Shown here: piece by piece, positions 25,928-35,499 of the stretch
Layout: every line of letters starts with the position of its first letter
Position numbering within the stretch: the stretch's first letter is position 1
DNA from: an uncultured virus (IMG/VR IMGVR_UViG_3300026203_000001)
Taxonomy: Duplodnaviria > Heunggongvirae > Uroviricota > Caudoviricetes
IMG/VR virus record: IMGVR_UViG_3300026203_000001
Direction: 5' to 3' (one strand)
Length of the DNA stretch: 59,465 nt
Notes under the pieces: model-generated
Told to the model about the DNA's origin: nothing
The model's input: only the letters and a program-made list of their open reading frames with translations
Database searches by the model: none
Made by a program: the position numbers and the translations under genes

Positions 25928-27835
25928 TTAGGGTGCAGCACCACCGCCACCGCCACCGCCAATTCCACCTGCGGGAGGAACATAATCAACAATGCTGTAG
26001 TCACTTACTGTATTAACAAATCCATTCACCTGTGCACTCATATCTGCACTTGAAGCATATACAATTAAATGTGATCCAGGTCCAATAATTAAACCTTTGT
26101 GTTCTGCTGTTGCGTTAGCACCAATAGCAGCATCATAGTAAAGATAGTCTCCAGTTTCTACATCAGTTGCAGCGGTTACACTACTTACTGTTGCTATTGC
26201 TCTTGCAGTTCCTTGTACAGGAGGTGTATCTGGGAATGTATCAGTACCTGCAAATGCAGCAGGTGAATCATTATCAACAAATACCTTTAACTTACTTGTA
26301 GCAGTATCCCAAGAGGTTACATATCCAAAAGCACCTGCTGTTACAGTACCAACAGTCTGTGATGCAGTACCAACTGTAAATGTATTACCAGTTATAGGAG
26401 TTCCAACTACGTCGTAAACAAATACTTCTGAAAAAGTAGGATCTGGGTTTACATCAATAGATCCAGAGTATCCTGACTGTCCTTCAGCATAATAAAATAT
26501 AGGATCAGGAGTAGTAGCAGAAATTGCAATTTCAATGTATGCAGTACCACCAGAACCTGCTGTACCAACCTTTGTAACACCAGTTGTAAATTCAGTTCCT
26601 GGGGTTGGAGTAGCATTTGTACCTTCATTAACGTCAGAAAATCTGAAAGGTAAACCTGTGTTAGATGAGTCAGAAATATCAAATCTATATGTTTGATCAA
26701 TGTTTAGTGAGAATGTAGTCTCAGGAACAACCTCTTGTCCTGATGTTGTTGCCCAGATAAATCTCGCTGTAAATCCTTTATCAACTGTGATACTATCTTG
26801 AACAACAGAAGTTGCGTTTGATGTACCACCTGTCAATGTTTCATCATTAACAAAGAAATAAAAACCTGCTGAACCCGCTGCTGTTAATGGAGTTACGTTT
26901 GAACCATCGTTATGGTTAGCAGCAGCAGTTCCCATTTGTGCACGAACGACTGTAACGTCATTACCAGAAACGTTAGTTGCTTGCATAATTTCATTACCAA
27001 TAACAATGTATGAACCAGAAAGTATGGCAGCACCATTGGTTACAGTCAAAGTTGTGTCTCCTGACGCGAATGTACCACCCTCGTTAATAGTTGTGGTAGT
27101 TCCTGACGGAGTGTATGCTGTTACGTATTGACCTGGGGTATGTGTTGCAGGAGTTGTACCAAAGGTTCCACGTGTTATTGTCAAAACTCCAGGTCCTGTA
27201 GTTCCAGAGTTAAATGCAGCGTTAGTGACAGTAACTACCTCGGCAGATGCAGTTCCGTCAGATAAGAATAGATAATCGTTAGCACTGATATTTGTGGCAG
27301 AACTAACAGGTACTGAGGTAACACCAGTTCCCATATTTGCCATCTCAATATTTAAACCAGTAGTAGATGTTCCTCTGAATGTCGCAGTCAGTCCAGAGAC
27401 ACTACCAGTTATTGTTTCACCACCTTGGAATGTACCCGCATTTTGTGCTGAGTCAACTCCGACACTACTTGTGGTTGCAACTTTTACTGAGTAAGTTGTA
27501 GTGGTTGTAGTTTTTACAACGTCAGCAAGTTTTGCTGTAAAGTTGCTTTGAGCACCTACAATTTCTAAACCTGGGGTTGCGTCTCCAACAGTCAATCCTG
27601 GGGTTAGTTCTAACTTGTACTTTGTTAATACATTACCTTTTTGAAACTTGTATGTATTAGCATCAAGAGTAAGTTCTTGAGTGTAATCTTTATGTGCCAG
27701 TCTATACGTTCCTGCTGAACCTCCACGGTTACATATATGCACCACACCTGATGTAGTGTCATTAATATCTGAACTGTATAAGACTGTATTTGTAGTTGCA
27801 GACGGTGCTACCGCTGCTAGTCTTCCTGCTGTCAT
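25928..27835 (-). CDS. Virion structural protein (T/G/A-rich, internal repeats)
   Basis: 635 aa; repeated T..R...GT..A.H..G..VT modules. Confidence 0.8.
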   Translation of the reverse strand: MTAGRLAAVAPSATTNTVLYSSDINDTTSGVVHICNRGGSAGTYRLAHKDYTQELTLDANTYKFQKGNVLTKYKLELTPGLTVGDATPGLEIVGAQSNFTAKLADVVKTTTTTTYSVKVATTSSVGVDSAQNAGTFQGGETITGSVSGLTATFRGTSTTGLNIEMANMGTGVTSVPVSSATNISANDYLFLSDGTASAEVVTVTNAAFNSGTTGPGVLTITRGTFGTTPATHTPGQYVTAYTPSGTTTTINEGGTFASGDTTLTVTNGAAILSGSYIVIGNEIMQATNVSGNDVTVVRAQMGTAAANHNDGSNVTPLTAAGSAGFYFFVNDETLTGGTSNATSVVQDSITVDKGFTARFIWATTSGQEVVPETTFSLNIDQTYRFDISDSSNTGLPFRFSDVNEGTNATPTPGTEFTTGVTKVGTAGSGGTAYIEIAISATTPDPIFYYAEGQSGYSGSIDVNPDPTFSEVFVYDVVGTPITGNTFTVGTASQTVGTVTAGAFGYVTSWDTATSKLKVFVDNDSPAAFAGTDTFPDTPPVQGTARAIATVSSVTAATDVETGDYLYYDAAIGANATAEHKGLIIGPGSHLIVYASSADMSAQVNGFVNTVSDYSIVDYVPPAGGIGGGGGGGAAP

Positions 27836-27842
27836 TGTTTAG

Positions 27843-29177
27843 TTACCATCCTGCTGCGAAATGTTGTTGTAATCTAAGTCTGCCACCTAGATCAGGTGCC
27901 GAAATTGGACCACCGAACGAAACACCCAATGTGCCTACGTTTGCTGTTGATAGAAGTGTAGCATCTGCATCTGGAAACTGAATTGTTTTAGTTCCTGTGA
28001 TGTTACTTAGATCAAGGTTAATGATCCTTTGATCATCTACTTCATCAATTAATTTTAATGCAACAATAGATTTGTTGTATAAAACCTGTGATGCTTGCGT
28101 AGCAACTAAAGTGTTGTTTGCAAGTATATTTGTATTTAGGTTAGTTGCGGGGAACTCATATTTAAGAGTAGTAGCACCCGTAACATTAGTTAAATCAAAG
28201 AAAACACGAGCAGTAGTATCAGCACCATTAACAAAGTATGGGTCTGCGTAGTTTTTATTCGTAAGGTTTTGAGTTGCTTCAACACCTGCTACTGTAAACG
28301 ACTGATCAGGAAATGTTACTGTTCTGTCTGTAGTAACATCATTTGATGAAAAAGTAACTTTAGGTGTTGGATTATTTGGATCTCCCGATGCAATATCAGA
28401 TATTGAAGGGTTGATCAAATTCTTGTTACTGACATCTTGTTCAGTAATAGTATCTATCAGAGTTGACTGTGATGCAGAGGTTCCGTAGTCAGGTAGTCTG
28501 TAGATATGTTCTACTGGTGCTTCCCAAGAGTCAGTTTCAAACTTTGCTACCTTTCCTGCATTAGATGAACCGACTATCTGTAAGTTACCATCCTGTATGA
28601 TGATAGTCTTATTTGATATTGTCTGTGCTGTGTCGTTACCTAAAAGAGTTGTAGATGTAAAACTTCCTGTGTTAGGTAATGCAAAAGTACGAATACCTGC
28701 ACCTGTTGCCACATTAGAAATTTCAAACTTTGCTCTTTTATCTGGGTTCTGATCGTCTGCTAAGAAAAAGTTAACATCTGTAAGTTCTGTAGGTCCATTC
28801 ACTAAAAATTTCCCAGAACCTTGCGGTCTGAGATCAATGTTGACGTTGGATGAAGTTGTGTCACCTGCAATCAAACGAATAGTTGCTGATCCGTCAGCAT
28901 TGTTCTGCTTCCTATAGTACATAGATGATGTACCGAAAGCAAGTCCTATTTCGTCGTATGCGTTTTGATATAATCCAGTGTCTCTATCCAAATCAAAACT
29001 AAGACCTGGTGCGGACTGTGACCCTGCACTAATTCCTTTGAAAAGTTGGTTTATCCTTGCTTTTCTATTTGGTATTAGAGGGTCAGATATGACAACAGGT
29101 AAAATCGCTTCACCAGTTAACACTTCATCCGCTAGAGTCTCTAATTGTGAAATTCTTTTTGTTCCCACAGCACTCAA
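27843..29177 (-). CDS. Virion structural protein (fibre-like)
   Basis: KRISQL N-terminus; repeated Q..SNK units; start uncertain. Confidence 0.8.
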   Translation of the reverse strand: MSAVGTKRISQLETLADEVLTGEAILPVVISDPLIPNRKARINQLFKGISAGSQSAPGLSFDLDRDTGLYQNAYDEIGLAFGTSSMYYRKQNNADGSATIRLIAGDTTSSNVNIDLRPQGSGKFLVNGPTELTDVNFFLADDQNPDKRAKFEISNVATGAGIRTFALPNTGSFTSTTLLGNDTAQTISNKTIIIQDGNLQIVGSSNAGKVAKFETDSWEAPVEHIYRLPDYGTSASQSTLIDTITEQDVSNKNLINPSISDIASGDPNNPTPKVTFSSNDVTTDRTVTFPDQSFTVAGVEATQNLTNKNYADPYFVNGADTTARVFFDLTNVTGATTLKYEFPATNLNTNILANNTLVATQASQVLYNKSIVALKLIDEVDDQRIINLDLSNITGTKTIQFPDADATLLSTANVGTLGVSFGGPISAPDLGGRLRLQQHFAAGW

Positions 29178-29196
29178 GCGTTATTTGATACAATCT

Positions 29197-29204
29197 TATT
29201 TATA
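29197..29204 (-). promoter_or_regulatory. T4-type late promoter TATAAATA
   Basis: Exact consensus heading the structural operon. Confidence 0.8.
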
Positions 29205-29215
29205 CAAGTTCTAGA

Positions 29216-29374
29216 TCAGTCTTCTCGTATGCAATATTCAGCAGCGTGCGGATTGTCAAACCCCTTCAAATCTTGTCTTGCTTGTTTAATAGCGGTGTAT
29301 GCGTCTTCTGCATACTCACAGATTTCGTGGTGAATATATTGAGTATCGTGATACCCGACTGTGTAGTGATTCAT
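29216..29374 (-). CDS. Small His/Cys protein (52 aa, MNHYTVGYHD...EICEYAEDA), not in ORF track
   Basis: TAATG-coupled to ptoX. Confidence 0.7.
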   Translation of the reverse strand: MNHYTVGYHDTQYIHHEICEYAEDAYTAIKQARQDLKGFDNPHAAEYCIRED

Positions 29375-29874
29375 TAGATTAATGACATTGCGTGTTGTAA
29401 CTCTTTTGCGTGTTTGAGTTCGTCTTCTGCGATCTCTGCAATCCTTGTATCTTCTGGATGATATGCAAGATACTTAGTATAAGTTTCAAATGCGTGCTTC
29501 TCAATTTTCATATTAATATCATACGCATTTAAAGGATCTATGAAATAATATGCAACCATAGTCCAATAGTAAAATAGAACTAGATGTTTGGCAAAGAATC
29601 TGTCAATCCATTTTTCATCTCCACCTCGTTTCTCCATCTCTTCAAGATGTTCTGTTTCATTTAATGATTGCCAGAAATGTTCCTTCATAAGATAAATGTG
29701 TTCATCACCTCTGAGTCCTAACGACTCTTTGAAATGTAAAACACTTATGAAAGAAAAATATGGTGCACGAGCAATAACTTCAAGCACCCAGAATCTTTGT
29801 ATATCTCTACCCCTGTACAAATAGTCAAGGATAGATATTGTGAAGTCTAAAACAAATGTGTTTAGTTTTTTCAT
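29374..29874 (-). CDS. ptoX: Plastoquinol terminal oxidase
   Basis: RFWVLEVIARAPYF, NETEHL, IEKHA, EDELKH di-iron motifs. Confidence 0.95.
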   Translation of the reverse strand: MKKLNTFVLDFTISILDYLYRGRDIQRFWVLEVIARAPYFSFISVLHFKESLGLRGDEHIYLMKEHFWQSLNETEHLEEMEKRGGDEKWIDRFFAKHLVLFYYWTMVAYYFIDPLNAYDINMKIEKHAFETYTKYLAYHPEDTRIAEIAEDELKHAKELQHAMSLI

Positions 29875-30134
29875 TAGAATATTGCGTTAAAAATAAATTC
29901 TTTTGTTAGTATAGGATCATTGAATAGGTCTAATTGTAAACCATCTGCATCTACAAGTACATCATCTTCAGCATCCTTGCGACAGTGCTGCCAATAATAT
30001 GTATTGTCTTCCTTTTTCCAAAAATAACTTGTGTTATGTGAGTCTAAAGTGAATACAGCAATCAACTTTTGTTTGTGTTGCCAACAAGGATTAAGTGATC
30101 TTTTTTCATATTCAGTCACGTTGTCTCCAGTCAT
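29874..30134 (-). CDS. Hypothetical protein
   Basis: 86-aa ORF in operon. Confidence 0.65.
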   Translation of the reverse strand: MTGDNVTEYEKRSLNPCWQHKQKLIAVFTLDSHNTSYFWKKEDNTYYWQHCRKDAEDDVLVDADGLQLDLFNDPILTKEFIFNAIF

Positions 30135-30411
30135 CGGATCTGTCTGGTCTAAACCAATCTACAATTTCGTCTGGACTATCGAAACCCCTTTTATGTGTTC
30201 TTGAATCGGGGTCTCCAATATTCAAGTTATTCAGAAAAGAATCGTTCGGATTCGTTGCTTGTCTTCTTGCTTGTTTTATCATACCTCTAGCACTGGTATT
30301 TGCTTTCGCTAATTTTTGTGCCCAAATCATATCGTCAATGCTGACTTCTGTTCCTGCTGCAATAGATTTGCAGATACCTTCTAACCGAAGGCGGTATGCT
30401 GTAGATAACAT
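30112..30411 (-). CDS. Conserved cyanophage hypothetical protein
   Basis: MLSTAYRLRLE.IC...DDWRQRD pattern. Confidence 0.85.
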   Translation of the reverse strand: MLSTAYRLRLEGICKSIAAGTEVSIDDMIWAQKLAKANTSARGMIKQARRQATNPNDSFLNNLNIGDPDSRTHKRGFDSPDEIVDWFRPDRSDDWRQRD

Positions 30412-30433
30412 TTAGTTATAGGTAATATTAATA

Positions 30434-30628
30434 TTATCTATATCCCGTGTCTCTTGGAAATTGTAATTTAATAAGTGTGTCAATGGATCGCGACATTTCT
30501 CTGTACCCAGAACCTACGTAAATTTGACCCACAAAAACAGAAATCGTAGCAGCACCCCAGAATAAGTAATACCACCTAGACTTAACTTGTGCTCTTACTT
30601 TCTGTACTTTGTCACGTTTCATAAACAT
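30434..30628 (-). CDS. Small membrane protein
   Basis: KSRWYYLFWG followed by a TM helix. Confidence 0.65.
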   Translation of the reverse strand: MFMKRDKVQKVRAQVKSRWYYLFWGAATISVFVGQIYVGSGYREMSRSIDTLIKLQFPRDTGYR

Positions 30629-30711
30629 AAATAGAAATAGAATTAGGAAAAGACCTATGCTTTAAATCTTTGTTCTATATTATATCATACAAACTGAATT
30701 GGAGCAAAATT

Positions 30712-30864
30712 ATGTCGCATAATATAATATCATACAATCAACTCAATTCTTGGGATAACCCTTCGGAAGATCTCAGAATATCAGAGTATTACGATTGCCT
30801 AGTAGAATGTAACGATGATCAAGGAACGTGTAAACGTTATTGTCGCTCCGTTCTAGAAAGATAA
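30712..30864 (+). CDS. Small twin-CX3C cysteine protein (50 aa)
   Basis: GGAG RBS at 30701; CLVEC...CKRYC; CATAAATA at 30626-30633; terminator downstream. Confidence 0.75.
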   Translation: MSHNIISYNQLNSWDNPSEDLRISEYYDCLVECNDDQGTCKRYCRSVLER

Positions 30865-30867
30865 ACT

Positions 30868-30896
30868 AAAAGAGGTCGCTAAGGACCTCTTTTTTT
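30868..30896. terminator. Bidirectional intrinsic terminator
   Basis: AAAAGAGGTC-loop-GACCTCTTTT between convergent genes. Confidence 0.85.
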
Positions 30897-31104
30897 ATTC
30901 TGGAAATTTTAGAAAACTTGTATGTTCTACAGTTTTTGCTACGTCTAACATAGCGTCTCTGATGTGAGGTTGTTGACCTGTTGCTTGGTAAGCAAGATTT
31001 CGTTGGTCGGTCATAGACCATCTCCACTGGTGCATTTCATTACAATACCACAGTTGTATTTGCATATGTTTCTTGTGTAAATTAATAGGGTATTTCTTCT
31101 TCAC
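30895..31104 (-). CDS. Hypothetical cyanophage protein
   Basis: I.LWYC..M.QWRWS pattern; true start probably the later Met. Confidence 0.65.
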   Translation of the reverse strand: MKKKYPINLHKKHMQIQLWYCNEMHQWRWSMTDQRNLAYQATGQQPHIRDAMLDVAKTVEHTSFLKFPE

Positions 31105-31342
31105 AATGAATCAAATGTGCATCTAATTCAAATATTATTGGATGACATAATTCTTGTATGAGATAAGAAGAAGATCTATAAATCTCCTCCATTGTACACC
31201 AAGAATTTTTATTTGCCAAATCTATTGTTTGGGAATCAGGATTTTGTATTTCGTCGAAAGTGAATGCTAAACCGTTAAGATAATAAATTCTACACAATCC
31301 TATTTTTACGACATAACGGAAGTCGGAATAGATGCGGTACAT
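31082..31342 (-). CDS. Hypothetical cyanophage protein
   Basis: 86-aa ORF next to cpeT. Confidence 0.65.
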   Translation of the reverse strand: MYRIYSDFRYVVKIGLCRIYYLNGLAFTFDEIQNPDSQTIDLANKNSWCTMEEIYRSSSYLIQELCHPIIFELDAHLIHCEEEIPY

Positions 31343-31773
31343 TTGCTGAATAAGAAAGGACCTTTTTTAGAACCCCAGAGCAATTCCCCTTCCTCATTAT
31401 ATCCCTTATCATCAGACTCAAAAGAATCCTTAGTTAAGGTTATTGTAGAAACAACTACACCTCTGCCATTGTGAGCATTAGGTTCGTTCTTACCTATCCA
31501 ACCTCTTTCACTTTCTGTGAAGATTAGACTAGGCATTTTTTTATCAGCGTTAAATGTTTCTAATAATATGTGATCTTTTTTAGAAACGACGTTATGTGTT
31601 CGTTCACGATACACTTCTCCGTTCCAGTCATACCACTGTTTTGATGCTAGTCGTCCGTTACTATCAAAATACCAATGATAATGTATATAAGCAAAGGACG
31701 AAGGCCACATCTGTGCTTGTCGCAAATTGTGCCAGTGGTGAACCAAAAGATCCAGAAAGGGTTGTTGATCCAT
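31306..31773 (-). CDS. cpeT: CpeT/CpcT-like phycobiliprotein lyase
   Basis: N..QAQ..P..FA...SKQWY...YR...D.G....G..LWGS..GPF.F. Confidence 0.85.
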   Translation of the reverse strand: MDQQPFLDLLVHHWHNLRQAQMWPSSFAYIHYHWYFDSNGRLASKQWYDWNGEVYRERTHNVVSKKDHILLETFNADKKMPSLIFTESERGWIGKNEPNAHNGRGVVVSTITLTKDSFESDDKGYNEEGELLWGSKKGPFLFSKCTASIPTSVMS

Positions 31774-31788
31774 CGTATATTTTATATA

Positions 31789-32061
31789 TTATAGTTGCTC
31801 TTTAAGTTCATCTAATGTTTCAGTCACGTAACTTTTGACTTCTGCATCACTTGGCAAGGTAACACCAGGTATAGGAGGTGGTGGACCTGTCATAGGTATG
31901 GGTGGAGTTTCTAACGCTTCAACCTCTAGTTGTCCGTTAGGAATTCCATTCATTAATATGTTTCCTTTATCTGACTCAATAAGAACTGTCTCTCCACGTT
32001 CTACAAGTGTAAAAAGAAATTTGAGGTTAGTAATCGCCTCGTCTTTAGTTACTCTAATCAT
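31789..32061 (-). CDS. Hypothetical protein (Phd-like N-terminus, Pro-rich)
   Basis: EA..NL..L...VE.GE.V.I pattern. Confidence 0.6.
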   Translation of the reverse strand: MIRVTKDEAITNLKFLFTLVERGETVLIESDKGNILMNGIPNGQLEVEALETPPIPMTGPPPPIPGVTLPSDAEVKSYVTETLDELKEQL

Positions 32062-32267
32062 AATACGTAATGTCTGTTAGTAGGGTCAATAGTTTCTTGA
32101 ATCATATTTACAGATTCCATAAACCCTTCAGCACCCCAGTATGAAAAAGGAAATTTAAGATCCTCTTCTTTACCTGTGCTATCTATAAGTTTGATTGATC
32201 GTTGTGGAAAATTGATAGTAACATTATCAATATATGTGTCCATAGAATCCCAATATTCTTCTGTCAT
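32058..32267 (-). CDS. Hypothetical protein
   Basis: 69 aa, directly after gp5. Confidence 0.7.
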   Translation of the reverse strand: MTEEYWDSMDTYIDNVTINFPQRSIKLIDSTGKEEDLKFPFSYWGAEGFMESVNMIQETIDPTNRHYVL

Positions 32268-32273
32268 TATATC

Positions 32274-34700
32274 TTAATTTAACATCAATGGCAACCCATA
32301 GACGTTAGTTGGTCCAACTCTACAACCGAATGATGCTTTACCTGCCAGTACGTTATATCTTATAACTCCTGCACCCATAACGTTGTTTGTTATAGCACCT
32401 ACACCTTTAATTCTTTCTGTAATAATTGAAGGGATACCTTTACCTAAACCAATGGTTGCTCTAACAGAACCAACCGTACCACTCATAGTCTCAACAATAC
32501 CACAAGGTTTTGTCAATCCTACAACAGAACGTATGTATGCAGCAGGGAATAATGATCCTGTTAGTCCCTCACTTTGTAATACAACATCAGGACCTTTAAT
32601 CATAGTTAATCTACCTGTGACAGCGATTGGTATTGGGTTTAACATACCAATCATTGTATAGATTTGGTTGTTTACAAAATTAGTTTCCCAAGCACACTCA
32701 TTGATAATCTCACCAGAGATAGAGTTCATCAATGCCTGTGATTTATTAGTAATACTATTTGCATTAACCTCATAGTTACCAATAGCAGTCTGTGTAATAT
32801 GTGCTGCCTGTATTCCCCAAGCACCTTGATAGTTTACTTCGTGGTCAGCAGCGATAACTTTTGTAGATTTTGCTTGCTGATCACCAGGTGTTACTCCATC
32901 TTCTTCTACACCAACACCATTAGATTGATGTTGATCGTGTGATCCACCAACCTCTACCTTGAAATCTCCCATAACTTTCAAAGTATAATCACCTTCAATA
33001 GTTACACATTGATTGCCTTTAACGTTTGTACATATGTCTCCACCAACAATCTTAGTTTCGTTTCCAGGTTGGTTAAAGTGTGTGTTACCAAAACGGTCTG
33101 ATATTTTAGTCTGTCCACCTGTATCTGTGACAATAGTTTTCTCTTTACCTTTATTGTTATCTTGGATAATAGCAGAACCATTCATAAAGGTTTGCACTTC
33201 CATATCATAAGACTTCAGATCCTGATACATTTCGGTGATAATATCACCTTGAGTTTTTGGTTTTCCAGTTACAATATCAGTCTCAACTGTACGTAACATA
33301 AACTCTGGAGGAGTTGCACAGGTACTAGAACCCCACAGTGGCAACCAGAAATTACTCCTTGCTTTTCGTATTTTTCTTCCACAATCTTTCTTTGAGACTA
33401 AGGAAAGTATTAGACCAATAATTATCTTTACAATGTTCTGGAAATTCAACTTACTGAAATCCATTTGGAAAATACTTTGAATCTTACCTACTAACGATCT
33501 AAACTTACCAATAGCGTCTCTTGCTGTAGCGATTGCAGAAACAATAACATTGATAGTTTTAGATATTTTCTGTAGACCTGACTTTATCTTACCCATAATA
33601 GAACCGATTGCACCACTGATAGCAGTTGAGATGCCATCATATACTTTCTGCACAATCATATTAGATAAACTTGCAGCAAACTGAGCAGTATTAGTAAATG
33701 CAGAAGATATTAAACCTAATATATGAGATGCCTCAAACATACAGAATACATTGAAGAGAGTTCCTGCAATGTCCATCAATGTTGTAATGATACCTGTAGG
33801 TATTATGTTACTTAACAATGATTTAAGTTTACTTACAACTGCTTCTATAACTTTTGCCATCACTTCTTTCATCCAAGACATAATACCTGATATGCCATTA
33901 GCAATGAAATTGTTTATACCGTGCATTGCTTTATCTAATATCTTACTATCTACTTTCTTACCTGTAATAACAGACACTAAGTTACCTAGAGGATCTCTCG
34001 CTAGTGTAGATGCAAGAGTTCCTGCTTCTTTTAACATTCTTTCTAAATCTGTTTCAAAACCTGCTCCCGCAGGTCCTGCTGCTCCATCTGCAATAGAGAA
34101 TATACTTGTAGGTACAACCAAAGGATTTGCTGCATAATGTCCTTCAAATCCTCTTACTGCTTCACCAAATATTCCTCTATCTGTAGACTCTCCACCATCT
34201 GTATTTGCTGCTTCTGTTCCTAATACATTGAAAGGGTTTCCACCCGCTACTTCTCCACCTGACAAATCTTTTGACTGTACAGGTAGTTCTCCTGCTTTCT
34301 CAGGGTCTGCTATTGTAGTCTTGGAAACTTCAGAATCTTGCCCACTTTCATCTGTTCTAAATCCTCTAAAAGAACCAATTACAACTGGTAGTTGTGCTTC
34401 TTCTCCATCTAGGAAAAATCCTAAAACTTGTGCACCAACTTCTAATGCTGTAGATGTTCCTGTATTTTTTATTCCTGCTTGGTCTGTAGGCAACAGAACT
34501 GATGCCCACGGTAATACTTTAGTAGGTATTGTTGTTAAATACGCTTCTTTTGGATTGCCACCAGTGTACCAACCAACAATACGAACACGAACTCTACCAA
34601 TCTCTTGTGGATCTTCTTTATCCTCGACTTCTCCGACCCACCAAGTGAATCCGTCGCGACCCATCACATCAGTTTTACCTTGTAAAGCAGTTGCTGCCAT
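32274..34700 (-). CDS. gp5: Baseplate hub/central spike protein gp5 (no lysozyme domain evident)
   Basis: GRDGFTWWVGEVED..DP...GRVRVRI OB-fold; V.G repeats in the C-terminal half; CATAAATA at 34722-34729. Confidence 0.9.
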   Translation of the reverse strand: MAATALQGKTDVMGRDGFTWWVGEVEDKEDPQEIGRVRVRIVGWYTGGNPKEAYLTTIPTKVLPWASVLLPTDQAGIKNTGTSTALEVGAQVLGFFLDGEEAQLPVVIGSFRGFRTDESGQDSEVSKTTIADPEKAGELPVQSKDLSGGEVAGGNPFNVLGTEAANTDGGESTDRGIFGEAVRGFEGHYAANPLVVPTSIFSIADGAAGPAGAGFETDLERMLKEAGTLASTLARDPLGNLVSVITGKKVDSKILDKAMHGINNFIANGISGIMSWMKEVMAKVIEAVVSKLKSLLSNIIPTGIITTLMDIAGTLFNVFCMFEASHILGLISSAFTNTAQFAASLSNMIVQKVYDGISTAISGAIGSIMGKIKSGLQKISKTINVIVSAIATARDAIGKFRSLVGKIQSIFQMDFSKLNFQNIVKIIIGLILSLVSKKDCGRKIRKARSNFWLPLWGSSTCATPPEFMLRTVETDIVTGKPKTQGDIITEMYQDLKSYDMEVQTFMNGSAIIQDNNKGKEKTIVTDTGGQTKISDRFGNTHFNQPGNETKIVGGDICTNVKGNQCVTIEGDYTLKVMGDFKVEVGGSHDQHQSNGVGVEEDGVTPGDQQAKSTKVIAADHEVNYQGAWGIQAAHITQTAIGNYEVNANSITNKSQALMNSISGEIINECAWETNFVNNQIYTMIGMLNPIPIAVTGRLTMIKGPDVVLQSEGLTGSLFPAAYIRSVVGLTKPCGIVETMSGTVGSVRATIGLGKGIPSIITERIKGVGAITNNVMGAGVIRYNVLAGKASFGCRVGPTNVYGLPLMLN

Positions 34701-34724
34701 TGTTAAGTTATCCTCCGTTTTTAT

Positions 34725-35282
34725 TTATGCGTAGGAAATCCATCCTGTAGCGATCATTTTTTCTTCGGGTGATGTAAGACCGTGATGAACGTGAGTCCAA
34801 TCTGCTGGCCAAAACACTGTTAAACCTTTCTCAGGTTTTATTTTTTTATCTTGATGTACCCAGTATGTTTCACCACCTTCATTAACTGTATTTAAGTAAG
34901 TCATCCAAGCAAGATGCCTATAGGATGCAGTCTTACCAGACCCAATTCTTTCACAATGAGGGCGGTGATAACCACCTGTATTTGCGGTGTACCATTGTAT
35001 ATTAAACGGTTCATTTAATTCAACTGGTGCCATACAAGCGTACGGGAACTTTTCAAGGTATTTATCAAGAACTGTTTGTAGTTCTCCTAAGAAAATACGA
35101 ACTGCTTTCTCATTGAGAAAGGGTGGTATTGCCATATCAACAGACTTCTTGATGGTAGGGTCTACACCATCAGAGAACTCTCCATTAACCTTTTTAAGAT
35201 AAGTACAATTATCCCAAAATTCCAGTAAATTGTCAATAGTGAGATCACTTATATGATCTCCATAGATAAAATCAGTCGTCAT
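34725..35282 (-). CDS. 2OG-Fe(II) oxygenase
   Basis: NIQWY...HCE...WMTYLN.V.EGGET...WPADWTH.H...K.IATGW. Confidence 0.85.
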   Translation of the reverse strand: MTTDFIYGDHISDLTIDNLLEFWDNCTYLKKVNGEFSDGVDPTIKKSVDMAIPPFLNEKAVRIFLGELQTVLDKYLEKFPYACMAPVELNEPFNIQWYTANTGGYHRPHCERIGSGKTASYRHLAWMTYLNTVNEGGETYWVHQDKKIKPEKGLTVFWPADWTHVHHGLTSPEEKMIATGWISYA

Positions 35283-35499
35283 ACACTAGACATTCTGGTT
35301 CATCTGGATGCTGATCACAGAATAGTTCTAAAGCGTTAGGGTCGTGGTGATCTCCTGCTTCAATCTCTTCTTTGTGATGCTCCGCATACTCCTCTAAATC
35401 GTGAAGTTCTACTTTTGCGTGTCTACGTGCAGCAGGATTTGCTAATGGATCATCAATGATGTCCTTGTCTTTTTTAATGTGGTCTTCTATGCTTTTCAT
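35272..35499 (-). CDS. cp12: Calvin cycle inhibitor CP12
   Basis: C-terminal LELFCDQHPDEPECLVYDD; start moved to MKSIEDH. Confidence 0.95.
   Translation of the reverse strand: MKSIEDHIKKDKDIIDDPLANPAARRHAKVELHDLEEYAEHHKEEIEAGDHHDPNALELFCDQHPDEPECLVYDD

Noticed and set aside
31789..32061. Toxin-antitoxin module
   Set aside because: The N-terminus is Phd-like, but the neighbours are cpeT and a gp5-linked ORF, with no toxin.
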